Part shown: piece after piece, positions 52,501 through 64,000 of the stretch | Numbering within the stretch: the stretch's first letter is position 1 | How the letters are laid out: every line of letters starts with the position of its first letter | Origin: Phoronis australis | Lineage: Eukaryota > Animalia > Phoronida | Direction: 5' to 3' | Assembly: GCA_002633005.1 (NCBI GenBank) | Contig: NMRA01000110.1 | Coordinates: 687,995 to 751,994 of the forward strand | Length of the DNA stretch: 64,000 nt | Position numbers and translations under genes: made by a program | The notes under the pieces: generated by a model | Told to the model about the DNA's origin: nothing | Databases searched by the model: none | The model's input: only the letters and a program-made list of their open reading frames with translations

Positions 52501-55500
52501 TGTTGGAATTACCACACCACAATATTTAACTGTGCACGCCTGCCACCGAGGAAATTCTTAAGAGTTTAAACTGCCTGAAGCAAACGCAAAGATAAATAAC
52601 AACCGTAGTAAAACAATTTGATAAACTTACCAAAAATGATAGTCATGGCAAATAATGTACACCAAAAATGGAAATAGGCTTTTGACAACCTAAAGGTTGC
52701 CCACAGCTTATGGAACAGATTTCCGTCAGCCAATCACTTGAAACAAATCGTGTGGCTTTATGTAGTACAATTTTGACAATCCGAAAATGGTTGCCTCGGC
52801 AACTAATGCAAATGAATTTGGCAACTGCTTTTCTAACAGAAAGAAGCTACATAAAACACATATAACAGTCACGTGACTAGATCTGAGATGGGCCTTAATT
52901 ACTACTGCCAGTAAAATCTAATAAAGCGTTGCCATGGCTGCGGGTGTTATTTTCATCACAGGAATTCAAGGCGAGGTCGGAGGCGTTGTTGTATAATGTT
53001 CACGGCGTTTTTGTTCAATCTTGTTAGATGCATTTTGGTTCTTTGGGTTAGTTTTCGGAGCAAAGCTTGCATTCTGGCCAAGGTACTTTATGTTCTATTA
53101 TAAAACAGTTCAACATCTTCTCATGTGTACAGTGTCACTATTATAAATAATGACATGTACTGCAAAACACTTTTCTGTTGTCAGTGCATATGCACTTTAG
53201 CTAGAAGCAATTATCGATAATTTTTCCATGATTCTCATAAAATGTATAGAAATATTTCATTAGCTCAAGTTCCAAAAATCAAATAATTTGGTACGAAAAG
53301 GCTTTTTTCAATAGTCCCGAATAACTCACATAGTCTACTTATGCGTCCGAACATAAATTTCACCGTTCTGAGACATTATCGATCTAATCTGTACTTCTTA
53401 TTGGTATTGTCTTTAGATTTTTATTAGTTTGCTTGCGGGATTTGGCTTTTAGGCTGGCCTTGGGCATATACATATACTTTTTGGTAACTGATACTAGGGG
53501 GATACATGTGACTGTAATATAAACCAAGTCCCTTGCTCAGAACGAAAACGGATAAAAAATAGCAAACCCAATATTAGTTCGGCTGTCTGTCATACCCACT
53601 TCACTCAAGAGCTTCGAACTTACCAGTTTCCGTTGGCTGCAATTTACACACCATATACCGAAACTAATGACGTCATGTCTTTATAGGCTTATATCAGAGC
53701 AGAAGGACAGATGAATTCAATTTTTCTTAGGATACACTCTTTTTCGACAATTTTTAAAATCGTAACAACAGGTGCAGTTTTTTTTTCATTGTCTTATTCA
53801 ATATTTTGAGTCAACGCTTTATATATTTTGGCAGTAATGGTCAAGGCTGTTTGGCAAATAACACAAGAAAAATAGCTGTTGGCTTAAAATCCTAAGAAAC
53901 ACTGTGACCTTAAATGTGAATTCAAACACTTTGTCCGTAAATTCCCTAAGCTGACAAAGATCCACGTTTTACCATTTCGCCTGTCTTTGATTTCAGAACG
54001 GTGAAAGAGTGCGCAGTGGCGCTATTCTGCCTGAAAGTAGTGCGCTATGCAATGTTCATGTGGTTACCAATGTATCTCCTACACGCTGTGAGTACTCAGA
54101 AAGTGACTGCAGTAAAGGGTTTTCGTTAAAATTTTGACCTGGAACCAATGTAGTTTTAAACTGTTTCTCAAACGGTACTCTCTCTTCAAGTAATCAAGTA
54201 GATAAAAACGTAATCGGAATTAAAACGGATATTTCAAAATGATGTTTAAATTTCTGGGTATGCATCAACGAAATGGCGACCACTGTTGGGCGACTTTGAA
54301 CTCCATCTTTAGAACTCCAGTAAAAACCGTCAGCACACTTAGGACGGTATGTTTACCACGACATGTCTTTTTTGGTGACATCTTTCGATTGGTGATGAAA
54401 CTGGTGCACACAAACTAAAATTTATGATTTGTAGCCAGAGATGTCGCCGTGTTGAAACGCCGCAAGATGGTGTATTTTAACATTAATGTATTAAAATACA
54501 TTAATGTTACCAGCAATATGGGGTAAAAATGTTGCTCCATTTACCACACAATCTATACTTATTGATTTTCACTCATTTCGGCTGACTTCCAAGAATGCAA
54601 ACACTCTGCAAATAACATTGAAAACGAACACGCTCCCCAACGGTCATTTTCACTCGGGTAAGACAGGAAATACAAACAGTTTAAGTTTAGACTTTAACAT
54701 TTGTGATAAGGTATGATCAGGTTGGTCGGCTTTTCAGTGATCTACAGGGTATTCAGGGAGGTCAAATCCCCTCGGAAGATGTGACCTACCTAGGGGTCCG
54801 CTGATGCAGTACTCCTCCCTCGACGTGATTGATTCGACTCTGCTTTTGATAAGCAGCTGTTATACGAATATGCATGTAATTCATTCATATTGTTCATTGG
54901 ATTTCAGCTCAAGTACTCTAAAGCCCAAGCCGGTCTATACGCGACTGTGTTTGAAATAGGTGGCGTCGCTGGAAGTGCACTAATGGGCTTCGTTTTAGAA
55001 AAGTACGTAAACGCAATATGAAACGCTATGGTAACTGCTGTAATTGAGAAAGGACAAATATTAGGTTCTATGTTGTTAGCTGTAAACGGCTCTCAGCGCA
55101 AAAGCTTACTTTTGACTTCTGATCAACACCACGTGCGGTTAGGAAACTGTTAGTTGTAAAATCGCTCTCATCCACAAAATCTTACTTTTGATCACCACCA
55201 AGCGTAGTTATGAAGCTAGTCTCAAATTGTTCCTTCTTTAAAAGGACTGACAGTTGAGCCAAGACACTGTAAGTTGGCTTGTCACGGCGGCTAATTTTAT
55301 GCGCCCTCTTTGGTCTCACTTTGGAAGCACTTTTCATCTGAGTTGGAAATAAGTTGCCGTTTTTATAAGGGCAAGCGGCCGAAGTCAGAAATTAGTTTCT
55401 TTCACAAAACGCAGGCTTGTAGGCCTATGCGCTTTGAATAAAGCATTTGAACCGATGGCGATTGAAACATTCGGATACCAAAAACTGCATTTTTGTCTAA

Positions 55501-57135
55501 CTAAATGTGTTTAGCGGGACAATGATCACATGAAAGAGAAGTGAGGTCTCGTAGACGATGGAACAGGCCAAGTAGTATCGAGAACTTTTGTGGACAAAAT
55601 AGTGATGCTTGAAACTGTCTAGTTTCTAGTTAGCGTTTGTGTCGGCAGCTCAAATGTGTGACTTTGGACAGTCGTCGTTCAAATGTTTTATAGGCGCATT
55701 TAGGGGACACCGCGAAAAAAAATGTTGTCGGCATGCCGTTTTTCCCTCGAAAATAGTGGTTGCAAGCTTAACTTTGTTAAGAAAAGATCTCTTGCTGCAT
55801 CTTTTATTTCGGAGGTTATTGTGTGGAATGGTCGCTGTCTTCAGACTGGCTGGGGATCTGACGTTATGTGATGCTGTGTTGGAGTGTACACTCCGTATGA
55901 ACACTGCCGACTTCTTAACAATATCATCAACGTGTGTTTAATCAAATTTCTAACCTGTGTAACTCATACCTTTTTATTCCCTGACCAGGTGTTTTAGTGG
56001 TCGCACACTCTATGGCACCGCAGTACTTACAGGATGGAGTAGTGTATGTCTAGTCGCGTATATACTGACATCTAGCGGGGGGTTTGTGGTCAACTCCGTC
56101 CTCATGTTCTTGGCGGGAGCTTTCAACTGTGGACCTGACATAGTTTTAAGTAAGTATATAGGATATTGTTCCAACCAGTTCAAAGAGCGTTAGGAACCAG
56201 TCAACCACAAGTTGGAACTTCGGTTTTTATCTGCTAGACATCAGACGATCACTTCGTAGTTGATGTAGCTCTACATTGAAAAACCACCCCCTTCGTACAC
56301 TCTGACGCGCTTAGACCAGTCTTCAGTATATCTGCTAACTATGTGTGTTTTTCCCGATCCCAACAATAACCAAGGTACACAAATTGAATTCAATTTTATA
56401 GTCAGTGATTTTACACAAAAAACCCGGATGGCGGGTACACAGGGAAATTCTGCTGCCTTAATTAGCATACATGAATATTCAGCAATTTGCATGTTGAAAG
56501 CACAGTAGCCCACGCAGTCTTACGGACATAACTGAGTGCTTGTGTTGGTTTACAAAGATGTTTTGCGACCAATCTGTGACCCTTGAATAACAACAACCCT
56601 AATTTTGTATCTGCGGTATGAACGGCGTTACCATTTTGTAGGTGGATCGTTTCCAGCTAAATTGGGTGAAATGGATAATCGCAATGCAGCGGCCTCTGTA
56701 GTCGGGTTTGTAAATGGTAAGTAAAAACTTTCTGTTGTTCTCCTTTTTGTTTGTAAATTTTTGCAAAGATTTTCGACCTGTGTTTACAACATTGCGTTTA
56801 GGAAAAATAACTTCAATCATTGTTATGGCATTACTACTCACAAAACGTAACGTTTTAAGTAATCTTCAGAAAATTCGTGATTATTGGTTTTCAGTTCAGT
56901 TTTTATGGCTTGTTTTCCAGGTTTCGGCACCATAGGGACAGTGATCGAGGGACCGATAATAGGTATTATTTCTGACATGTACGGCTGGTCGGGCATGTTT
57001 GTCTTTATGATACTGCTGTCCGTGATCGGCACGTTAGGCACGCTAAGAGCTGCCTATATATTCGAGAGAAGGAAGATCGTCAGCGTAGCAGACTTGACCG
57101 GTAATAAAGACACGTCCAGCGTGGGTGACGTGTAG
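40502..57135 (+). CDS. SLC37A: SLC37 / organophosphate:Pi antiporter (GlpT/UhpT-like) MFS transporter, 13 coding exons, 434 aa
   Basis: Exons 40502-40594, 43028-43120, 43567-43647, 44461-44529, 46030-46155, 46799-46858, 49665-49737, 51944-52016, 53997-54087, 54908-55002, 55989-56149, 56642-56716, 56921-57135 total 1305 nt, all GT-AG and phase-consistent. Motifs YFLRKP, GPIGDKIGAR, Q..WP.....G.WFP...R...FG, EP.DVG, CLKVVRY..FMWLP.YL, FEIGG..G, GP, G.VNG.G.IG. Subfamily not resolved. Confidence 0.92.
41505..42163. repeat. 329-bp near-identical tandem duplication joined by a single N (probable assembly artefact)
   Basis: 41505-41833 vs 41835-42163, two substitutions seen, N at 41834. Confidence 0.9.
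43028..43120 (+). CDS. SLC37A: SLC37-like exon 2
   Basis: ttgcag|IKSDLQTDLQLTNSQLGMLDTSLLLPYALMQ|gtgagt. Confidence 0.87.
43567..43647 (+). CDS. SLC37A: SLC37-like exon 3
   Basis: tttcag|MILGPIGDKIGARITYGCSLILAGLSM|gtgagc (MFS motif A). Confidence 0.9.
44461..44529 (+). CDS. SLC37A: SLC37-like exon 4
   Basis: ttccag|CTFGQFSSLLIFMILLFINGSAQ|gtagta. Confidence 0.85.
46030..46155 (+). CDS. SLC37A: SLC37-like exon 5
   Basis: ttgcag|SQCWPNCTKGLGAWFPDSSRDKVFGLFGTSAFVGGALGSALA|gtaaga. Confidence 0.9.
46799..46858 (+). CDS. SLC37A: SLC37-like exon 6
   Basis: ccgcag|VYLQSYWSWRSCFFIPSSIV|gtacgt. Confidence 0.85.
47025..47278. mobile_element. MITE with atgcgcgcacccag / ctgggtgcgcgcat termini
   Basis: Terminal inverted repeat; internal aaggtccgcctcagtgaaacaaaa is matched in reverse at ~58021-58045. 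Confidence 0.65.
49665..49737 (+). CDS. SLC37A: SLC37-like exon 7
   Basis: ccctag|AGLGVIVLLFFIEPGDVGVEIPDK(G)|gtttgt. Confidence 0.85.
50068..51235. repeat. ~585-bp near-identical tandem duplication joined by a single N (probable haplotype or assembly artefact)
   Basis: 50068-50655 vs 50657-51235, a few SNPs and a 10-bp indel, N at 50656. Confidence 0.9.
51944..52016 (+). CDS. SLC37A: SLC37-like exon 8 (central loop)
   Basis: tttcag|(G)SSAAASEKSTQQNAMSFKEVAKI(I)|gtaagt; bridges phase 1 to phase 2. Confidence 0.78.
53997..54087 (+). CDS. SLC37A: SLC37-like exon 9
   Basis: tttcag|TVKECAVALFCLKVVRYAMFMWLPMYLLHA|gtgagt. Confidence 0.9.
54908..55002 (+). CDS. SLC37A: SLC37-like exon 10
   Basis: tttcag|LKYSKAQAGLYATVFEIGGVAGSALMGFVLE(K)|gtacgt. 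Confidence 0.9.
55989..56149 (+). CDS. SLC37A: SLC37-like exon 11
   Basis: gaccag|CFSGRTLYGTAVL...FLAGAFNCGPDIVL|gtaagt. Confidence 0.88.
56642..56716 (+). CDS. SLC37A: SLC37-like exon 12
   Basis: ttgtag|(S)GSFPAKLGEMDNRNAAASVVGFVN(G)|gtaagt. Confidence 0.88.
56921..57135 (+). CDS. SLC37A: SLC37-like exon 13 (terminal)
   Basis: ttccag|(G)FGTIGTVIEGPIIGIISDMYGWSGMF...GDV*; AATAAA near 57389. Confidence 0.9.
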
Positions 57136-57170
57136 TAAACCGGAGTAAAGGGATAAAGTGTCCATCTTAC

Positions 57171-57232
57171 CTCTGTATCCGTTCGGACAACCTGTGGGTT
57201 TAACTCTGTATCCGTTCGGACAACCTGTGGGT
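57171..57232. repeat. 33-bp-period duplication in the SLC37-like 3'UTR
   Basis: ctctgtatccgttcggacaacctgtgggt at 57171 and 57204. Confidence 0.92.
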
Positions 57233-58931
57233 CGTGCCGGTGGTTTTCACTTGAAGTGAATCTCTATTTCAAACAATGAAATCAAGTATATCTTTGGAAA
57301 TTTAGTGGGGGACTTTGGTGCGTTTCGTATGGCTTTATTGTGTTTATGTTTTGGTATTTTGTAAACGTTTACATTTAATGTAATACTGAATAAAATGGTG
57401 AAAGTTAAGCTTGCTGTTGTCAATGGAAATGTCTTATGCGAATATCGCGATGGTTTGAACACGAAACTACTTGACCTTTTTGATGCACAGAATTCGCAAA
57501 ATTTAACATAACGCGAAATCCCTCTTTCATGCTAAGTGATACAGGGCTTGGAACTTTCCTCCATTAAGAATATTTCCTCGTTTTTGGTTTCGATTTTCTC
57601 TCATTAGATTTCCTATTTCCTCTTTTTGCGCCTCTTTTCATCATTATTTTGATTTTATTCATGCGAAAACTTAAAGTTTACAACACAAAATCTATCACAC
57701 AAGCCTATGTATTTGTGTAACGATACATCACCTGAAAAATTTNAATGTTTTTTTCATTGGTCATTCCAAGCCTTGGTGATAAAAGTCCACATTCCTATGA
57801 GTTGTGGGTTTTCGAAAATATAAGTCTCGTCTAAGGGCATGAATGAATCCTATTCATGCATGGACCCAGCCGAAAAAAGGAGGAACTCGAATTTTGGGAA
57901 TGTGGACCTTTTAATAAGATTCACGGGGTACGTTCAGAGCTATGAATTGTGCATCACCAAAATTTTGGTAGTTCCTGCCTTTTTAGTGGTCTTCTGTCTC
58001 GTTTCTACCTTTTTCGGAGTTTTTGTTTCTCTAAGGCGGACCTTTTTTCCCATTTTGTCAAATGGGGGCGCGCATGCTAATCATGTTCAGCTGTGAATCT
58101 TTCTTCTAAGTATCTTAGAAGTGGCATTAAACGCTTGTTTTCTTTCAAAGATCTGGTTTTGATTTAGAGCACAAGCACCGTTGCGAAATTGATCTATAAA
58201 ATTGTTTCATAGTAAAAAAATATGGGATTTCTGTGCTCGGAAAGAACTGACAGTTCGTTATATTTTAGACCAAGCTAATGAAATTTCCGGTCAACCTGTG
58301 ACGTGAAATCTTACTTAATTGGCCCGAAGAAATTACGAAGTTTCAGTTCTACCCGAGCCTACAGATCACTTGTAAACTGAATAAGGGAGAAAACAAGACC
58401 AATTTTACGACAACGGTAAGTTGTATCTATCAAAAATTTTGGTTTCGACTGACATCACGGGTTGAATGTCGCTTTAAAGAAAAATGATGTACAATCTAAA
58501 TAAAAAATCATTGGTCAACATATTCATGTTTACTGCTACATTGTATAAATGCGCCAGAGTGATAGCCATTACTGCCAAAGGTATGGCGCTTTGTTGAGTG
58601 AAGTTTAGAGCCAGTAAGCTGTTATAATATGTGACGCCAGATTTTTAAGGCATAGACAGATTTAGGAAACTCGAGATTTGCAATTTAAGTGACAGACTGA
58701 CGATTTTAATACAGACTATATTTAAACTTGAGACTATAAACTACATACCAATAAGTTGCGCTCCTAGCGGTAAATTCTTCTTCTGACACGTCAACCCCGC
58801 AGCGAATGCTCTCGATTTTTTAGTTCAGTATGGATCTTTCAAATAAAAATCGTTCTACCAAGTATCCCAAAGTGGAGTAAGGCGTTATCTTTCACGCATC
58901 TGCTGCACTGGATGAGACCACAAGAATATAA

Positions 58932-60459
58932 TTTTTATATGCCCACATATTTATGCGTGGTCGCATATTGCCGTCATCTCTGTCTGGGCGTCCGGCGTCC
59001 GGCGTCCGCAGCTGTATCTCCTTAACCCTTCACAGGATCTTGGTGAGATTTGGCAGATGTTATCCTATGAAGCTGACGACAGACGAAGACGAATTTTGGA
59101 TTTTTGTATGTCTCCGACTACTGGTGTGCCCCCTAGTGGCAATTTTAGTTGTTTACGCTTACCTCTCTATCTTCGGAGATCCTCACCGGATTTCCATGAA
59201 ATTTGGCAGTTAGGAGTTAGGCATCCATTAGTGAGATGATGCCACCCTCTCGTTTTCAGACGGATTCGAGGTACTTTCCGCCACCTAGTGAGTATTTTTT
59301 ACTCTTTTCGAGTCTGTTTTTGGCGTCCGTTCTTCTATCAACCAAATCGCTCGAGGGATGATTTTGAAAATTGGCATCCATGTTCTTACTGTGAAGATGG
59401 CGGCTGACGATGATTTTCTGACGACTTCGACAACTGTGGCGCCTCCTAGTGGCAGTTTTGTGTGTTTTTGCGCCTATGGCTGTATCTCCTAAACCCCTCA
59501 CAGGATCTGAATGAGATTTGGCAGATGTGTTCCCATTAAGGCGACGACATATGACAACGAATTTCGGACCTCTCCGACTACTGGTGTGCCCACTAGTGGC
59601 AATTTTTACTGTTTACGAGTCTGTTTTTTGGCGTCCGCCCTTCTATCAATCAAACCAGTGTAGGGATGATTTTGAAAATTGGCATGTATGTTTTTATTGG
59701 GAAGAGGGCGGCTGACGATCATTTTTCGATGACTTGGAATACTATGGCGCCTCCTAGTGGCAGTTTTGTTTGTTTTTGTGCCCATAGCTGTATCTCCTAA
59801 ATGCTCTACAAGATCTTTATTGAATTTTGCTGGTGTATTTATATGAAGTTGACAACAGGGGATGACGACTTTCGGAGGGATCGGGCTACTTTTGTGCCCC
59901 CTAGTGACAATTTTAGTTTTTACGTTAACTCTGTATCTTAAAGGGTTGTCTATGGATTTTCATAAAATTTGACAGTTAGGCATTTACAGTATTAGTGATG
60001 TGACGCTATCATCCGGTTTTCGGTATTTGCGGCTCCTTGTGGCCATTTTTACTGTTTTCCACTCTTGTTATTTGGCGTCTGCCCCTCTGTCAACCAAGCC
60101 ACGATGGTTGTGGACTAATTGGCATTTATGTTCCTAGTGGGAAGAGGAAGTATATCGATGATTTTTAGACGACTTTATCTACTTTGGCGGCTCTCATTAG
60201 TGGCAGTTATGTTTTTTGCGCGTATAGCCTCATAGTGGCAATTTCATTTTTTCGTTTTCATCTGTTTTCTCAGAAGTTACTTGACGGATTTTTATGAAAT
60301 TTGGTAAATAGCTTTGATGACACTTACAAATTCTCCGATGGATTTCACATATTTTGAGCCATCTAGTTGCCATTTTTATTTTCCAAATAAACACTCCTAG
60401 AAGTACACTGTTAGCGGTGCATTCGCGGGCGTATTTCAACGCTCTGCGTTGCTCTTGTT
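58932..60459 (+). mobile_element. Non-autonomous Helentron-type element (HINE; DINE-1/pearl-like) with internal ~150-bp tandem repeats
   Basis: 5' T-run plus subterminal atatgccc (58937-58944), inverted to 3' gggcgtat (60427-60434); (ggcgtcc)n microsatellite near the 5' end; diverged ~150-160-bp units containing '(a)tgaaatttggca'-like motifs; 3' hairpin caacgc-tct-gcgttg (60437-60451) followed by ctcttgtt. Confidence 0.8.
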
Positions 60460-63400
60460 ATTTTAAGCTTAGCTGCATTTTGCAAACATAAAAGAACGGT
60501 TTGTAACCAATTGCTCTGGTATCGTAATGGGGCACTTGTGTCTATATGCCAGGAGGTATGAAGTCCGAGTGAAGGATTGACTGTGGAAAGTTTCTGAAAG
60601 ACGGCGGTGCGCTCGTGGGGACCGTTGGCCGTCAGGTATCTGGATGAAGGACTTACCAGGGCCAGTTTTAAGTGACTTAAAACTCGGGAGTCACACACGC
60701 TTCCGATGTATCGACGGAACGTACCGCTTGCGACATTCTCTTGGGTTTTCCACCATTTCATTTAAACACTAGAATTTTCCATGTAGAACCCCCTAACATT
60801 TAAACTACTACTCGAAACTAGTTGCAGATGAAGGCATCCCACAAGTCACGGAATGTCCATTAGCAACTGACTTAGTACGTCAGTTGCTGCAAAACGGTTC
60901 CGCAAGGCGCTGCTTAAAAGGTAAACTGTTGATTTTAGTGGCCACGTCCGCCAAAAACGCTCTACTGTATTTGCAACTCTAGACTCAGATTTCAGACTCC
61001 ACGTGTTGGCTTGTCACGGCATGTCATTTCATTCACTAAGCACGGTCATAATGGATAACGAAACTGTGAATTCTTTACAGCCCGATGAATGCGAACAACT
61101 GATGTTAAGACCACGTGAGTCGTCTATATCCCGACAAGTTGGCTTTTTGGACGAAACATTGTTCATTTCAGTTTTAAGTTGGTCGCACAAGAAATTCCAA
61201 ACAACATGTCTTAGAAATCGACGGTAGTTCTTGGGTGGGGTCGAAAAATAGTTTGACAAAGTAGGTTTCAAATCGAGATTAAAACTATAGGCAGGAAGTC
61301 AGTTGTGAACTTAGGTGGATGCAACGATGAGCATTAAAATGTTTTCTACGGGACCTGCTTTATTATGACTGTGACAAGAGATTGGTGTTTACTTTAGATG
61401 TTTATTAGCTAACAATGCAATATGGCTAAATCCATAATAAGATCCAATAAAATACACGACGTATCTCTAACCTCAGCATAGCTATACAATAAGTGTAGAT
61501 AATGTGCGCTATAATAAGGACGTTCCGTAACGAGTAGACATTTGCTTTAGAAAAAATGTGACCTAAAAGCATTTGAGCAACTTGAAAAATGGTTGTTTTA
61601 AATCATGATTACAGGGCACTTTTTGTGAATGTTTATTTTATACCCAAAACAAGACAACACACGGTCATATTTCCTCACACATACACGTGCCCTCTATTCT
61701 CTCACTGAATCTCCAGCCGTGTTTACGTAAAGAAGAAACCAAGCCATTTTATTGAAATTAGCATCTTTCCCATTTTGGTGATGATTATAGTTTTTATCTT
61801 ATGGTACGCGTCCTATTCGTTTTTAAAAACTAGAAAACCAGGAAATTCACACACATTCTAGTTTTCTATAGTAAAAAAGCTTTCTAGCCAAAAACTAAGA
61901 AGAAAATTTCATTACAAACTTCATTAAAATTAGTTACTGTGTAGGTACTCAGCCAGAAATCAATGTTTCTTGTGTTATGACATAAAGTTATTCATTTTCC
62001 CAACTCACAGATGGACGAAGCCAAAAAGATGTTAAATACAGAAGATACACATGAGAAATGCCAATACGCCCAGAGAAAACATTTGTGATTTTGTTTTGTA
62101 GCCATCTTCACGTAATATGTTTGTTAGTGACATTTCTGATGCTGTAGACAATTAGTCTAATTAAAAATAATGTTGTGTAATTTTAGTGACGATGTATAAT
62201 CAATTAAACATATCGGTTGTTTACCAAAACTTGTATCTTCCTATGAGTGCATAGGAAGTGGTTCACCACACGTTTTTTTACCAGTTGTGGGATGTTTATA
62301 ATAACAACTGTGCCTTGTTTTGCTAGTTGTGTAACTTTAAGTCTTTGAAACCTGTCAGCTTTGGGATGAGGCATTTCTGACAACAACAATAATCAGAACT
62401 ATTTTCTATCGAAATCACTTAATTTATGTCTGCCTACACCATATTTGGCAATGGCTTGGGTTCATTGCTGGAATACGGTAACTTTATTCAGATAATTGTT
62501 TTGGAACTAGGTGTACCATTTGGAGTTTTATGCTTTGAGCTATCACGCCTACCTTTCTTATATTCAGTATAAATATTCTGTTAGCTGCTTGTCAGAGTTT
62601 GACTGTGTGAGGGTTTGTTTAAAACGTAGTTGTGCTTTGAGATTGTGTGTAGATGGAGAGAGAATGATTAAATCCAGTAATTAATTTATTATATGATAAC
62701 TACTAATTAAATAAGTGTGTTGTTAATTAAGTAATCAACTAACTACAAAGAAGAGTAACTGCGCTAGCGCCCTCTGTAAAGATTACTTCAATGAATCAAC
62801 CAGAATAATCAAATGTCTTATCTGCTATCCAGGCTATAGAACTCTCCACTTGCTGGATGACAGTCCTGTTAGTGAATCTTCGAACTATTACAATCTGTAT
62901 TGCGACAGTGTACTTGCTGATCACAGTCTCTTGTGACGCAACACTTGCAAGCAGTTTCTTCTACCCACGATTCCTCTTGCTGGTCACACTCTCTCCTGAC
63001 TTGTAGGCAGTATCTTACTGCCCACGATGCAAGCGACAAGTTCTTAGTAAACTTCCTGTTCTTTAACCCTTACACGAGATGGCTCTGTTGTACAATTTCC
63101 TGTGTAGACCTAGACTGTAGCAAGTCTTTATGCTTCAACTACTATAGCACATATCATAATAGTCTACTTATTTAGCGATTGGCTAATAAAAAACATATGA
63201 TCTTATCTAATCATATCGGGCTGTTACGATTTACTCTCAGATATTTCTAGAATCTCTAGAGTGCGTTTACCCCAGAACCAAAGTAGTAAACAACATCTAA
63301 AAATAGATTTTGACGTTAAAATACATGTCAACAAGTTTGACCCCATGTTTTAGAAGTACATGTGCACAAATTTTGTGCAATTTAAAATAGATCTATTCTT

Positions 63401-63901
63401 ACTAATTACTTAATCAATATTTATTCTGACACTGCTCTAGAATTCATATTGCTTGGAGAGAGGCTGCTGCTTGCTTCAAAAATATCACAGATACCCAGCG
63501 TTGGTAAGAGACAACTTTGTTTCTTGATGTTTTACTATTAACTTTGTCTTTAGAAACAATTATTCTCAGTTCTTTGATTATTTGATTAATTCATAGAAAT
63601 TGTTCCATAACTACAAGTTTCTGTTAACTAGTGTTTGCCTAATTGAGAATTGACTATAATGTTATCAGACATGCAGTTTTCTGTATTTTAGTATGACGTA
63701 TTTTGTACTTCAATGTGTACTAGAGGTTGTATTATCTGTATTATTGTTTCAGGTTTAACCGTATACTCGTATCGTGTCATATCTTATACTCAAGTCGTAT
63801 CGTATCACGTACACGTATCATAAATAAATTTTTATGAACCTCTGTTACGGTATTATTTTTATACGCGTGTAACCCGCTGGCCCAACAACAAAACCAAATA
63901 C

Positions 63902-64000
63902 ATCAGGGGCGGATCTACGTTTTCAGTAAGGGGGGGGTTTAGGATTCCCGCAAAGGTCGAATCCGAGGCACCTGGCGCCGAGAGGGGGGAGGTCGGGAGG
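63902..64000. mobile_element. Start of a GC-rich MITE (caggggcggatc terminus)
   Basis: Terminus resembles the 3568/44809 family; 63959-64000 is homologous to the reverse complement of 3170-3217. Confidence 0.6.

Noticed and set aside
411-57135. The five genes as one functional cluster or novel system
   Set aside because: Unrelated families, mixed orientation, separated by repeats. Nothing beyond adjacency supports a shared pathway; conserved microsynteny and co-expression would be needed.
62600-63230. Possible solo LTR
   Set aside because: No clean TG...CA ends, TSD, PBS or second copy visible

Overview
Intron-rich, AT-rich draft-assembly window from an animal genome, most likely a marine invertebrate. 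The species cannot be determined from the sequence. Most entries in the ORF track are spurious; the real genes only appear after splicing. I reconstructed five spliced genes by hand, each with GT-AG introns in consistent phase: (1) the 5' three exons of a DUF4743/YJR142W-type Nudix hydrolase on the minus strand, running off the left edge; (2) a 215-aa GLTP-fold, CPTP-like protein (-) whose canonical lipid-headgroup residues appear replaced; (3) an 855-aa RING-HC E3-ligase-like protein with a long disordered tail (+), divergent from gene 2 across a motif-rich candidate bidirectional promoter; (4) a 182-aa TPPP/p25-alpha protein (+); (5) a 13-exon, 434-aa SLC37/OPA-family MFS transporter (+). 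The rest is MITEs, a Helentron-type (HINE) element carrying a periodic array of CTCF-like motifs, a decayed DDD transposase, mini- and microsatellites, N gaps and two duplications that look like assembly artefacts. I see no new multi-gene system. The best leads are the rewired CPTP-like pocket, the CTCF-motif-array element, the orphan RING protein and the tandemly repeated splice donors. All family assignments come from motif recognition from memory, not database searches.
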